A stretch of 64,000 nucleotides of DNA from contig PMCS01000006.1 of assembly GCA_003154195.1 (NCBI GenBank), positions 17,676-81,675 of the forward strand, given 5' to 3'. The translations under genes and the position numbers were made by a program. This stretch comes from Candidatus Omnitrophota bacterium. Its GTDB lineage: Bacteria > Omnitrophota > Gorgyraeia > Duberdicusellales > 4484-171. The notes beneath the pieces were generated by a model. It made no database searches. It was not told where the DNA came from and saw only the letters and a list, made by a program, of their open reading frames with translations. Below, in pieces: positions 38,369 through 49,067 of this stretch (position 1 is the stretch's first letter; every line of letters begins with the position of its first letter).

Positions 38369-38884
38369 ATGTTTGAGATATATAAGAATAGCCTGGCTAA
38401 AGGCCTGGTCACCCGCAAAATTGCCAAAGAAACAATTTTGTCGAAAGATTTCGATAACCTTGGGTTGGAATTAAAAGCGTTAATCAAAGAGAAGTTCGGC
38501 CGGTCATTTCACATCCGTGAGGTTGATACCGGTTCCTGCGGCGGCTGCGAATCGGAAATTATCGCCTGCTCCAATCCCGTTTACGATATCCAGAGATTCG
38601 GGGTGGATTTTGTCGCTTCGCCCCGCCACGCCGACGCGTTACTGGTCACCGGCCCGGTATCGAAAAATATGCTGCTTGCGTTAAAGAAGACTTATGACGC
38701 GATGCCGGAGCCTAAATTCGTTATTTCTTTAGGTGATTGCGCTGCCGATGGAGGAGTTTTTAAAGAGTCATATTATACTATCGGCGGTGTCGATAAAGTC
38801 TTGCCGGTGGTTTTACATATCCCCGGCTGTCCGCCCACTCCGACGCGAATTATCAGCTGTCTTATGTCTTTTTTGCGAAAATGA
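38369..38884 (+). CDS. Ehr small Fe-S subunit (HyfI/NuoB-like)
   Basis: GSCGGCE, SPRHADALLVTG, GDCA, IPGCPP. Confidence 0.9.
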   Translation: MFEIYKNSLAKGLVTRKIAKETILSKDFDNLGLELKALIKEKFGRSFHIREVDTGSCGGCESEIIACSNPVYDIQRFGVDFVASPRHADALLVTGPVSKNMLLALKKTYDAMPEPKFVISLGDCAADGGVFKESYYTIGGVDKVLPVVLHIPGCPPTPTRIISCLMSFLRK

Positions 38885-38939
38885 TATTTTTTTAGTTTTT
38901 TCCTTGCCCGCGAGCCTTCCGAAGAATAAAATAGATTAA

Positions 38940-40785
38940 ATGGATAAAATAAAACTCGGCTGTTTTAAAAAACATTTTTACGCGTATATCGCTTTATCTA
39001 TCGGGATTATCCTTTCCCTACTTCTTTTTATTTATTCCCGTAAACTGGAAACAAAATATTTACATGGTGAATTTAATCTTCTGGCGCGGGATCGCGCCAG
39101 CATCATTATTAACGGCGTATTGGATAACCTGGATTTCGTTAAATCAATAGCTCATTTTTACGCCGGCAGCGTAAGCGTGGAGCGCAACGAATTCCACGAA
39201 TTTACCCGCCAAACCCTTACCGAGCGTCACGATATTTACGAGTTTCGCTGGCTTAAGCGAGTTTCCGGGCCGCAGCGCCAGGCGTTTGAAGAAACGGCTT
39301 CCCGGGAGTTGGGCTATAATTTTTATATCAAAGATCGCGCCGGGGAAGGCGATTTCCTGAGAGCGCCATCGCGCGAAGAATATTTCCCGGTTTTTTTTAT
39401 CGAGCCCGGAGACGCGGCTAAAAATAAAATGTTAGGTTTTGACGCCGCCGGCGTACCGGAACGCTTACGGGCGATGAAAAAGGCTTGCGCTACCGGTGAG
39501 GCGGTAATCGTCCCGGAGTTGGTGATTTTTGGTGAATCAAAATTTAAAACCGCGACGCGTATTTATATCCCTGTCTACCTAAATGGTATTCCCCATAAAA
39601 CTATTGAAGAGCGCCTTAAGAATCTTACCGGTTTCGCGGTCGTTTTATTTAATATGGAAGCTATGGCGGATATTCTACTCAAGGATATGCGCGGGATGGG
39701 TATTGATACTTACGTATATGATGAAGCGCTTCCCGCAGGCAAACGCCTTATTCTAGTTGATTGCTCCCTCGCCCCGGGAAAGCCTATCGTGCCAATTTTC
39801 GGGGAAGAACAGCTAAGGGGTACAACCGGCATCGCCTGGAAAAGGTCGTTTAACGTGGCTGATTCAAAATGGACGATAGTCTGCCGCGCTGCCCCGGCAT
39901 TTTTAAAAAACCATCGGCAGAGGGTGCTAACTCCCTGGTTTATTTTAGCGGTATGCTTACTTATTACCCTAATCGCTGCGCTTTATATCGATAACCTCGT
40001 TAGGCGTGCTTCTATTGTTCAAGCGTTGGTTGAACAAAAAACCGAAGAGTTAAAAGTTCTGCACGCGCAACTCGCTCAGCAGTTCAAAATGGCCGCCATC
40101 GGGCAATTGGCCGGCGGCGTTGCTCATGAAATAAATAATCCCCTCGCAGGTATTTTAAATAATCTCCAATTGATAAAGATGAAGATGGGGGACGGCCGGA
40201 AATTTGAGGTTGCAGAATTTAAGGAAACTTTACAAGTTATGGAAAAATCCGGCCTGCGATGCAAGAATATAGTCAAATCCTTGATTGATTTTTCCGGGCC
40301 TTCGAGTGAATATCTGGAGCCGGTATCGCTTAATGATCTTGTGGCGAAAGCCAGGGAATTGGTTTCCGAAAAATTAAAGATTAACCATATCGATTTCATC
40401 GAAGAACTAGAGCCGGACATGCCTAAAATCATCGGCGACCGCCGGCTTCTACAGCGGGCGGTTTTTGATCTTCTGTCTAATTCTTGCTGGGCAATCGGCA
40501 AAAAAAAACGGGCCTTCCGGCGGTACGGTGCGGATAAAGACATGGCATGAGCAAAAAAACAATCTTGTCGCCATCGCTATTTCCGACACCGGTATCGGCA
40601 TCCCTAAAGAAAATATAAAGAAAATATTCGAACCTTTTTTTACGACTAAAGATGTAGGTGAGGGGACTGGCCTCGCCTTGGCTTTGGTATATAGCGTCGT
40701 TAAGCTTCACAAGGGTACGATTGAGGTGGAAAGCGAAGTTGATAACGGCGCGACATTTACGATAAAACTGCCGGTTGGTGGATAA
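38940..40785 (+). pseudogene. CHASE-domain sensor histidine kinase split by a frameshift in an A9 run
   Basis: CHASE-like sensor, H-box AHEINNP and N-box in one frame; DTGIGI/FFTTK/GTGL boxes in the +1 frame after the A9 run at 40500-40508. Confidence 0.85.
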
Positions 40786-40836
40786 GCGAGTAAGCAAATA
40801 ATTGGACTTTTTAAAATAAGACGGTCGTGAGACGTC

Positions 40837-40865
40837 TTGACATCAAGGCATCTATATGCTATATT
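40837..40865 (+). promoter_or_regulatory. sigma70-type promoter of the TA operon
   Basis: TTGACA-17 bp-TATATT. Confidence 0.6.
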
Positions 40866-40884
40866 ATTAGTGGAGGTGGATTAG

Positions 40885-41127
40885 ATGAAAGCCTATACTT
40901 TAAGATTAAACGATAATATTTTGGACGCGTTAAAGCATATCGGCATAAAAGAAAGGAAAACCGTAAGAGAAATCATGATTGAGCTTATTGAAAGAAAGAT
41001 TTCCACGGGCAGCTCCAAAAGCGAGAGCATCAAAGAACAACGAGAAATGGAAAAAATTATGCATTTACTGAGCCGCGCTCCTGTTCCCAGAGTTACAAAA
41101 TCGATACGCGATGATAGAGAGAGATGA
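40885..41127 (+). CDS. Putative RHH-type antitoxin (VapB-like)
   Basis: MKAYTLRL start, ends SIRDDRER; 4-bp overlap with the PIN gene. Confidence 0.75.
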   Translation: MKAYTLRLNDNILDALKHIGIKERKTVREIMIELIERKISTGSSKSESIKEQREMEKIMHLLSRAPVPRVTKSIRDDRER

Positions 41128-41510
41128 TGCTTTTTGACGCGAGCAGTATTTACGCGGCGATTGGTAAGGGTAAAACTTCAAGCTTAAAGGGCTTTTATTC
41201 GGTAATTCTTGCCCGGTACGAGCTCGGCAATATTATCTGGAAGGAAACTATTTTAAGAAAAACATATTCTGTCGGCGAAGGGATTTCCGTGGTTAATTTT
41301 TTTGACAAAGTTTTAAGTGAAATGAAATTACTGCATCCCGACCTCGATGCAGTTTTTAAAACTGCCGTGCAGTTTCATCTAAGCTATTACGATGCTTCCT
41401 ATGTATACGCGGCTATTAACGCGAAAATACCTCTTGTGACCGAAGACGAAAAGATTAAAGATAAAGCCGGTAAGCTGTTGAAGATTTATTCGTTTGATGA
41501 CATTGCTTGA
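41124..41510 (+). CDS. VapC-like PIN domain toxin
   Basis: LFDASS, YELGN, LSYYDASY, LVTED. Confidence 0.88.
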   Translation: MMLFDASSIYAAIGKGKTSSLKGFYSVILARYELGNIIWKETILRKTYSVGEGISVVNFFDKVLSEMKLLHPDLDAVFKTAVQFHLSYYDASYVYAAINAKIPLVTEDEKIKDKAGKLLKIYSFDDIA

Positions 41511-41526
41511 ATTCGCAAGGAGAAAT

Positions 41527-42315
41527 ATGAAGCTGGATGCCTACAATAAAATTATCTGGGCAGTTATCGGCACCGGCGCGATCTTAGGTTTTATCCTGGT
41601 TATCGCACTTTCCTTAGCCGGCATCTTTTATTCACAGACTAAGGGCGTACGAGTGGAACAAGCCCGCAGCCTCAAGCCTCAGGGAAAAGTTCTGGTTTAT
41701 TACGATCCGATTAATCTTACGCAATCACCGTATACCATGATTCCCGTCGGTTTCAAGGTTGTGCCTGGTTCCGAGGCCGCTACCGGTGACCGTTACAATA
41801 TAGGAATGGCGTGCAAGCGCTGCATTTCCGGTTCTTATTCCGGCTATCGCGGCGAGTTCAACAACATTGTTTTTAGAAGTAAAACGGATAATAGTTCTTT
41901 TTTGTTGTTGGATAAAAAAGGCGTGATTACTTCGTTTTATTACCCGTCTCATGAACAAGGGGAAAAAGATAATAAAAAAGATTTTAATTTTCTATTGTTT
42001 TCTATAGTCGAGGATGATACCAGCGGCGACGGCGTATTGAACGATAGAGATGCCGATACCGTTTATCTGTCCAATTTATCCGGCAAGAATCTGATTAAAA
42101 TAAGCCCGGCAAATACAAAATTGGTAGATTGGAACATCGATTATGATAGCCAGAAAGCTTACCTGACTTTACGGCGTGATTCTAACAATGACAAAAAGTT
42201 TAACGATCATGATGAAATGGATATTATTGCGGTAGACGCGGCCAATCCTCAAGGCGCGGTGACGCTGGTAGACGAAAAAACCAAAGCGGCGATAAAAGCG
42301 ATTTTGAATAAATAA
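41527..42315 (+). CDS. Membrane-anchored hypothetical protein with Ca-binding-like loops
   Basis: N-terminal TM segment; DTSGDGVLNDRD and DSNNDKKFNDHD loops. Confidence 0.75.
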   Translation: MKLDAYNKIIWAVIGTGAILGFILVIALSLAGIFYSQTKGVRVEQARSLKPQGKVLVYYDPINLTQSPYTMIPVGFKVVPGSEAATGDRYNIGMACKRCISGSYSGYRGEFNNIVFRSKTDNSSFLLLDKKGVITSFYYPSHEQGEKDNKKDFNFLLFSIVEDDTSGDGVLNDRDADTVYLSNLSGKNLIKISPANTKLVDWNIDYDSQKAYLTLRRDSNNDKKFNDHDEMDIIAVDAANPQGAVTLVDEKTKAAIKAILNK

Positions 42316-42491
42316 GCTACACTCAAGAAAACCATCAAGCAAATATTTCCTGCACGCCCTGAATGCTCTACATATAAAAATTAGTGTTTTCACTTGAGCA
42401 TTACCGTTTTTCTGCTAAAATCTTTTAAGAACAATTAGTTTTTGCTGCTTACTCCTTACTACTAAATATTACTATAAGTTTATGCTATATC

Positions 42492-42564
42492 GCCGACGTA
42501 GCTCAGTTGGTAGAGCAGCTCATTCGTAATGAGCAGGTCGAAGGTTCGACTCCTTTCGTCGGCT
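42492..42564 (+). tRNA. tRNA-Thr (anticodon CGU)
   Basis: GCCGACG/CGTCGGC acceptor stem, GCTCA-TTCGTAA-TGAGC anticodon arm, GGTTCGACTCC T-arm; CCA not encoded. Confidence 0.95.
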
Positions 42565-42688
42565 CGTTGTTTGTTATCCGTTAGCGATGGTGGTATAAAA
42601 TAGCTCATCGTAACTCGAGGGCCTAATACATTGTCGGAAGTAATAAGCGCCTTCGGTGCCCTGCGGCCTGGCGGCCGCAGATTACTTG

Positions 42689-42706
42689 CGACTCCTTTCG
42701 TCGGCT
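42689..42706 (+). repeat. 18-bp direct repeat of the tRNA 3' end (att-like)
   Basis: cgactcctttcgtcggct is identical to 42547-42564. Confidence 0.85.
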
Positions 42707-42769
42707 AATGAAACTTAGCTGGTTGCAAGCTCGTAAGAGCGCCGCAACCAGATTAAATAGAAAAATATC

Positions 42770-42857
42770 TCACCACAGAGAACACGGAGGGTACAGAGAA
42801 AAACATTTATTCTAAATATTTTTTTATTTCTCTGTGAGCTCTGTGCGCTCTGTGGTA
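42770..42857. repeat. 9-mer periodic inverted repeat (cacagag type)
   Basis: accacagagaacacggagggtacagagaa ... ttctctgtgagctctgtgcgctctgtggt. Confidence 0.8.
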
Positions 42858-42959
42858 AAAATTTTTGTTTTTATTTATCATCAAATTTGTGTCATGTATT
42901 ATTGAAACCGTTTAATTTTTTAATTGCCAATCGACAAATTTATAATCAGAAATAACTCT

Positions 42960-44270
42960 ATGTTCCTTTCTTACATCAAAATTCTCAAAAAACGTAACTT
43001 CAGTTTACTCTGGATCGGCCAGGTGATATCCCAGTTCGGCGACCGGCTTACCCAGATGGCTCTGATCGGGTTAGTTTATCGCCTCGAGCCGGGTTCTTCG
43101 ATGAGCCTGGCTAAAATCTTAAGCCTTGCCGTAATTCCCGTATTCATCATATCCCCCGTATCCGGCGCTTATGTCGACCGCTGGAGTAAACGTAAAACGA
43201 TGTGCATCAGCGATTTTATGCGTGGCACGTTCATTTTGCTTGTGTCGTTGACCTTTTTAAAATTTCACTCGATGCTTCCGGTTTATATTTTTGTTTTTCT
43301 TTCTTTTTGCGCCGGCAGATTTTTTATACCGGCTAAGATGGCGATGATCCCTTCCCTGGTGGACAAGGATGAATTATTCTTGGCGAATTCCCTTGTTTCG
43401 GTAACTTCGATGATCGCCGCGGTGCTGGGCTTTGGTCTGGGCGGCGTGATTGTGGAGAAGTGGGGGGTAGAGTCGGGATTTATTATCGACGCGTCGACTT
43501 TTTTCCTTTCTTCGCTGCTGATTCTTTTTATGCGCGCCAACGACGGCAGTGCGTTTATACCGAAAGATATCCTGGAACTGGGCAGGGAAGCGATTAAAAA
43601 TGTAAAGAATTCTCTTATCTTTGAAATCAAAGACGGCTTGAAATATCTTTTTAAGTCTAGCGAAACGATTTATTCGGTAAAAATCAGGGTAGTATTATTC
43701 GCAGCCCTGGGTTCGCTATATACGGTATTCATTGTGTTTATGCAGAAATGCCTGAATACCGGCACTGCCGGCTTGGGTTGGCTTGCCGTAGCCGCTGGTT
43801 TGGGCATGTTTTTGGGTACGGTTATTTACGGCAAGGTCGGAAAATATTTACCGGTGAAACCGGCAATTAATACTTCCCTTGCCCTTTGCGGGATGCACAT
43901 GCTCGCCTTCGGTTTTCTTCTTAAAAGCCACCCGAATAAAATTTTGGCATTCGCGTATTGCCTTATTTTAGGTATCCTTGCTTCGCCGATCGAAATCGCT
44001 TTGAATACTTTAATCCATAAAGAGAGCGAGAATGCTTTTTTGGGAAGAATTTTCAGTTCCCTGGAGGTAATTCTCCACTTGGCGTTTCTTGTTTTTATGT
44101 TCCTGGCTTCTTTCCTGGCGGAATTGATGACTCCGTTTACTATTATCGCTTCAGTAAGCGTAATGATCATTGTTTTCGCGGTTGTGGAAATGATTGCGGG
44201 AGAAAGGACAGGAAAATCGGATACGGAAAAAAGAGAAGGTGCAGCAGCGAGCGTTTCTTCCGGGTTATAA
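42960..44270 (+). CDS. MFS transporter
   Basis: NFSLLWIGQVISQFGD, GAYVDRWSKRK motif A, about 12 TM segments. Confidence 0.92.
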   Translation: MFLSYIKILKKRNFSLLWIGQVISQFGDRLTQMALIGLVYRLEPGSSMSLAKILSLAVIPVFIISPVSGAYVDRWSKRKTMCISDFMRGTFILLVSLTFLKFHSMLPVYIFVFLSFCAGRFFIPAKMAMIPSLVDKDELFLANSLVSVTSMIAAVLGFGLGGVIVEKWGVESGFIIDASTFFLSSLLILFMRANDGSAFIPKDILELGREAIKNVKNSLIFEIKDGLKYLFKSSETIYSVKIRVVLFAALGSLYTVFIVFMQKCLNTGTAGLGWLAVAAGLGMFLGTVIYGKVGKYLPVKPAINTSLALCGMHMLAFGFLLKSHPNKILAFAYCLILGILASPIEIALNTLIHKESENAFLGRIFSSLEVILHLAFLVFMFLASFLAELMTPFTIIASVSVMIIVFAVVEMIAGERTGKSDTEKREGAAASVSSGL

Positions 44271-44283
44271 TAAGCAGATAATT

Positions 44284-44490
44284 TTATTTTTTGCGCAGCA
44301 ATCCCCGTTGTTGGGGATAATTCGACTATCCCCTACGGGGATAGTTCAACTAAAGACATTTGTTGCGGCTTCGCCACACAAATGTCTAAGTTTCACTACA
44401 GCCTCAATCGGCGTCCCCCTTGCGCGGGGCTTGTAATGAAACTTGCCCCGGGGCACCGGGCTTAGTTTCATTATCGGCTAAGTCTCATTA
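44284..44490 (+). repeat. Composite palindromic element (CTCATTA family)
   Basis: tattttttgcgcagcaatcccc ... ggctaagtctcatta. Confidence 0.8.
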
Positions 44491-44500
44491 AAAGAAAATT

Positions 44501-45103
44501 ATGAATATAGCAGTTTTTGCTTCGGGTAACGGAACGAATTTTGAAGCGATCGCTAAGGCGATAAGGCGCGGTTATATAAAAGCGAACCTTGCGCTTTTGG
44601 TCTGCGATAATCCCGCAGCTTTTGTTATCAAGCGGGCAAAGCGTCTTAAGATAAAATCAGTCTTAATCGACCGGAATTTATTTTCTACAAAGAACGATTT
44701 TGAAAAAGAAATCATCAGAAACCTGAGAAAAGAAAAGGTTAGTTTGATTATCCTTGCCGGTTTCATGCGGCTGTTAAGTCCCGGCTTTGTCGCGCTTTAT
44801 CGTAACAAGATAATAAATATCCACCCCGCGATATTGCCTTCTTTCAAGGGTATTGATTCGATAAAGAAGGCTTACGAATACGGGTGCAAGGTTGCCGGCG
44901 TTACCGTTCATTTTGTCGACGAAAAAACCGACCACGGTCCGATAATTTTGCAGGAAGCGGTCAAGATTAAAACCGGGATGAGCCTTTCCGGTTTAGAGCG
45001 CCGTATTCATCGCCTGGAGCATAAACTTTACCCCCTGGCTGTTAAGTTATTTGTTGAAGGGGAACTGAAGGTGAGGGGGAGGAGAGTTATTCTTTTGAGT
45101 TGA
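44501..45103 (+). CDS. purN: Phosphoribosylglycinamide formyltransferase
   Basis: FASGNGTNFEA, LAGFMRLL, INIHPAILP, DHGPII. Confidence 0.96.
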   Translation: MNIAVFASGNGTNFEAIAKAIRRGYIKANLALLVCDNPAAFVIKRAKRLKIKSVLIDRNLFSTKNDFEKEIIRNLRKEKVSLIILAGFMRLLSPGFVALYRNKIINIHPAILPSFKGIDSIKKAYEYGCKVAGVTVHFVDEKTDHGPIILQEAVKIKTGMSLSGLERRIHRLEHKLYPLAVKLFVEGELKVRGRRVILLS

Positions 45104-45138
45104 CCCGGAGGCGTGTTATATCCAAGTTTTTATTTTTT

Positions 45139-45232
45139 TAGCCACCGATTGTCACGGATAAACACGGATTTTAATAAAAAACTAAACAAATACATTGTTT
45201 ATCCGTGACAATCAGTGTTAATCCGTGGCTAA
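45139..45232. repeat. 9-mer periodic inverted repeat (cacggat type)
   Basis: agccaccgattgtcacggataaacacggat ... atccgtgacaatcagtgttaatccgtggct; related arms at 38245-38322 and 2843-2948. Confidence 0.8.
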
Positions 45233-45247
45233 AATAAGCCGTTGTAG

Positions 45248-46084
45248 CTAATTTCCTTCCAAGAGCGCTTTCCGGGAATAAAAAACCGCGTTTTTGTGGG
45301 CGATATCATTTATCTCAAATGAGTTGATTTCCGGGGCGTCGTAGATTTTTAAAAACCGGCGGATTGATTTTTTTATCTCGTCACCGGCGTTAAACGATAC
45401 CGCGGTTTTGTTTACCGGCGTTACGTCGAGAATCACGGAAAGGCGGCCGTCGGCATAATAAGAATACAGGTCGTTTGTTTTGAAATTTTTGACCATTTCC
45501 TTGTCGGTTAATTTTCGTTCCAGGTTCTGTTTTATGAGATAGGCAAGAAAATTGCCCATCTCCATTTCCGGCATGGTTATATGTTTTCCCAGCGCATCGC
45601 CGATTGCTTCGGTGGTAAGCAAGAAAGTAAAAACTTCCCGCTCCTGCCATTCGCTTAACGAGATCATGCCCGCGTCGACTTTCATTATATCGAGAACCGT
45701 ACCGATATAATAAAGGTCGGCGCCGGTTTTTATATCGGAAAAAACAAACGCATAAAATTTTGGCCGTTTTTCCATACTGAGGATGACGCGTTTTAGCGCG
45801 GTAAAAATCTGGCGCATTTTTGTGTTGGCGTCGTTGTCGAAGGTTTTCTTTTCGGTAAGGATTTTATTGAGGGGAACGTAAACCCAGATAGTGTCGCCGG
45901 CCTCGCGGACAACCGGTTTTACATTAAATTCTTTTCCGCAGATATTAACCAACGATGTTTCGATGTTTTTACGGTTATAGGTATATTTAGGTTTAGAAGG
46001 AGAACAAGCCGGCAAGCATAAGAGAAAAAAAACAACAAGGACGTGCTCAACCAGCTTCTTTAAATACCGCTTCGATTTCGTCAT
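45248..46084 (-). CDS. Hypothetical lipoprotein downstream of the double FtsH
   Basis: Lipobox-like LPA-C; overlaps the end of the FtsH-like gene. Confidence 0.75.
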   Translation of the reverse strand: MTKSKRYLKKLVEHVLVVFFLLCLPACSPSKPKYTYNRKNIETSLVNICGKEFNVKPVVREAGDTIWVYVPLNKILTEKKTFDNDANTKMRQIFTALKRVILSMEKRPKFYAFVFSDIKTGADLYYIGTVLDIMKVDAGMISLSEWQEREVFTFLLTTEAIGDALGKHITMPEMEMGNFLAYLIKQNLERKLTDKEMVKNFKTNDLYSYYADGRLSVILDVTPVNKTAVSFNAGDEIKKSIRRFLKIYDAPEINSFEINDIAHKNAVFYSRKALLEGN

Positions 46085-49067
46085 AATTGAGTTCTTCTTT
46101 TTCTAATAGCCTGGCCATCAGCTTTTCTAATATCGCGTCTTTTTCTTTTAGCAGCGTTTCGGTTTCTTTCATGCATTCCTGCATTATGTCTTGCACGTCC
46201 GCGTCGAGTTTAGCCATCATTTCTTCGGACATCAATGTTTGCCCGGTACGCTGGTTGGTCAGCGAGGAGAAGTTGCCGATAAACCCGGATTTTCCCATGC
46301 CCCACGACCAGACCATCTGGTGCGCATACTGCATGGCGTTACTGAAATCGCTGCTTACGCCGTCGGATGTAGCGCGGCATTTAAGTTTTTCCGCAGCGTA
46401 TCCACCCAGGGAAACTTTTATACTGCTTAAAATCTGTATTTTGTTATGGACCAATGTTTCAGCTTTCCCCGGCGCCCACATCACGCCGGCGGTTTCTTTG
46501 CGGGGAATAATCGAGAGTTTAAATATTTCCCGGCTGCCGGCTAAGAAATAAGTTACCACCGCGTGCCCCGCTTCATGAACGGCGGTAGAGCGTTTTTCTT
46601 CGTCGCCTAATTTTATACGGCGTTTTAGCCCTAATTCAACGCGTTCGCGCGCTTCATCAATTTCTTTTAATCCCATTGTTTCTTTTTGATTGCGTACGGT
46701 GATCAGCGCTCCTTCGCGTACAATGTTTGATATATCGGCAGGGCTCCAGCCGGCAGTAACGCGGGCGAGCCGGTTGCTGTCGATTTCCTGCGCGTTAAAT
46801 TTAATCTTCGCGAGATAGTAATCAAAAAGTTTGGTGCGGTCTTCCAGGCCGGGTAATTCAACGTATAGTTTTCGGTCAAACCTTCCCGGCCGCAAGAGCG
46901 CCGCGTCAAGAAAATCTTCATTGACGTTGGTCGCGCCGATGATCACGATATTATATTGCTCATTTTTTTCTTTGAGGCCGTCAAGCTCGGTCAAGAGCTG
47001 GTTTAAAGTCTGGTTGTATTCGCGGTCGCCGCCGGAGCGCGCGTCTTCCCGCTTGGCGCCCAGCGCGTCGATTTCATCGATAAAAATGATACAGCCGCCT
47101 TTGGATGAAGCTAATTCCCGCGCTTCCTGGAAAAGATGGCGGATGCGGCTGGCGCCTACGCCGACATACATTTCAACAAATTCCGAACCGGATTTCGCCA
47201 GAAAAGGCAGGCCCGCTTCGTTGGCCATGGCCGAGGCAAGATAGGTCTTACCGCATCCCGGCATCCCAAACATTAAAAGCCCGCGGATGATCCTGCCGCC
47301 TACTTCGTTTAACTGCGCGTGGTCTTTGATCAGGCTGACTATTTCTTTCGCTTCCTGCTTAGCGTCGTCCATGCCGATAACGTCGTCCCAGCCGATTTCG
47401 TTTTCCGATTTTTTCGTAATTTTATCCATAAGGCGAACCTTGCCGTATTCTTTGAAAATCGCCTCGAGCGCGTCGTAATCCAGCTCGTTTTTAGAAACCA
47501 ATTCTCCGGCAATACGCTCCAGGATAACCATTTCTTTGCGCAATAAGTCATGAACCTCGTTAAAGCACTTGTTGATAATATCGGCCTTATCTTTTTCGGC
47601 GATCTGGCGCGAATGCATATCCCACTGTCCGGAAACGGTATTGGGCCCCGATGTTCCCATACCCCACTTGAAAGCCATACTTTCGGCAACCACATTGGCG
47701 GTTTCAAGGTCGTTTCCCACGCCGCTGGTGGTAACGCCGAATTTTATTTTTTCGGCGCAATAGCCGCCTAAGCAAATCCGTATTTCATTCAATAAATCGT
47801 CTTTGTCGGGAGCAAAAACTTCTTCTTTTTGCGCGATCCAGGTCGAGCCCAGAAGGCTTGTCCGGGGGATAATGCTGGCTTTAAAAACGTCTTTTGTCGG
47901 AACCATAAGATAGGTAACGATGGCATGTCCCGCTTCATGATAGGCGGTAGAAATTCGTTCTTTTTCGCTCATCGTAAGGTTTATTTTGATGCCCATGGCA
48001 AGACGTTCGCGCGCTTCCTCGATGTCGGACATCATCACCGACTGTCTTTTTTTGCGGGCCGCGATTAACGATGCTTCGCGGACAATATTGGCGATGTCGG
48101 CGGGAGTGTTTCCGATGGTCAATCTTCCCAGCCGGTCAATTTTTACGTCACTGGTGTTGTATTGGATTTTGTCCAGATAATACTTAAAGATTTCTCCGCG
48201 GTCTTTAAGGTTAGGGAAGCCGATATAAATTTTTCGGTCAAAACGGCCGGCGCGCATCAGGGCCGAGTCAAGTTCATTTTCCGGCACATTGGTGGCGGCG
48301 ACGATAATAATATTTTTCTCTTTTTGCTTGATGCCGTCCATTTCCGCGAGCAACTGGTTGACGGCCATATTATAGCTTTCCGCGCCGCCCAGGCCGAAAC
48401 CGCGCGTGCGCGGCCGGGCTACGGAATCGACTTCGTCGATAAAAATAATACATCCGCCTTTCATGTCGGCAAGTTCGCGCGCCAGCTTAAAGAGTTTCTT
48501 TATTTTCATCGCGCCTAAGCCGACGATAATCCCTTCCAGTTCGCTGCCGATAACCGAGAGAAAGGGTATGCCGCATTCGGTAGCGATTGCTTTTGCCAGG
48601 TACGTTTTGCCGACGCCTGGTTGGCCGATGAGGAGCAAGCCTTTAATCAAAGGGGCGCCGATAGTGGTAAGACGCGTGCGTTCCCGGATAAGCTCTACTG
48701 CTTCCCATGCTTCGCGTTTGGCATCTTCCATACCGATTACGTCTTTCCATTTTATCCCGATTTCATCGCCCCGGAGAGCTTTAGTCTGTAATTTTGAAAA
48801 CTCACTATAGCCGCCGCCCCGGTACATCCAGTAGAGGAAGTATACGTAAATGGCGCCGCCCATGATCGAGCCGATAAGGTAGAGGTAAAGCTGGTAACCC
48901 ATACCGGCCTTCATCTGTTCCTTATAGAATGATTCCATGCCCATCCAGGCTTTAGCGCTGGCGTAGATTACCGTAATCAATGAAATCACCAGGAGCGCTA
49001 ATACCGTAATGACAAGAATGCGCAGCCAGTATAATCGTAAAAAGATTTTTGCTTTTCTTGGATCCAT
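46047..49067 (-). CDS. FtsH-like protease with two tandem AAA+/M41 modules
   Basis: Two TM segments; Walker A GQPGVGKT and GMPGCGKT; IFIDE twice; GRFDR twice; HEAGH twice. Confidence 0.93.
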   Translation of the reverse strand: MDPRKAKIFLRLYWLRILVITVLALLVISLITVIYASAKAWMGMESFYKEQMKAGMGYQLYLYLIGSIMGGAIYVYFLYWMYRGGGYSEFSKLQTKALRGDEIGIKWKDVIGMEDAKREAWEAVELIRERTRLTTIGAPLIKGLLLIGQPGVGKTYLAKAIATECGIPFLSVIGSELEGIIVGLGAMKIKKLFKLARELADMKGGCIIFIDEVDSVARPRTRGFGLGGAESYNMAVNQLLAEMDGIKQKEKNIIIVAATNVPENELDSALMRAGRFDRKIYIGFPNLKDRGEIFKYYLDKIQYNTSDVKIDRLGRLTIGNTPADIANIVREASLIAARKKRQSVMMSDIEEARERLAMGIKINLTMSEKERISTAYHEAGHAIVTYLMVPTKDVFKASIIPRTSLLGSTWIAQKEEVFAPDKDDLLNEIRICLGGYCAEKIKFGVTTSGVGNDLETANVVAESMAFKWGMGTSGPNTVSGQWDMHSRQIAEKDKADIINKCFNEVHDLLRKEMVILERIAGELVSKNELDYDALEAIFKEYGKVRLMDKITKKSENEIGWDDVIGMDDAKQEAKEIVSLIKDHAQLNEVGGRIIRGLLMFGMPGCGKTYLASAMANEAGLPFLAKSGSEFVEMYVGVGASRIRHLFQEARELASSKGGCIIFIDEIDALGAKREDARSGGDREYNQTLNQLLTELDGLKEKNEQYNIVIIGATNVNEDFLDAALLRPGRFDRKLYVELPGLEDRTKLFDYYLAKIKFNAQEIDSNRLARVTAGWSPADISNIVREGALITVRNQKETMGLKEIDEARERVELGLKRRIKLGDEEKRSTAVHEAGHAVVTYFLAGSREIFKLSIIPRKETAGVMWAPGKAETLVHNKIQILSSIKVSLGGYAAEKLKCRATSDGVSSDFSNAMQYAHQMVWSWGMGKSGFIGNFSSLTNQRTGQTLMSEEMMAKLDADVQDIMQECMKETETLLKEKDAILEKLMARLLEKEELNYDEIEAVFKEAG

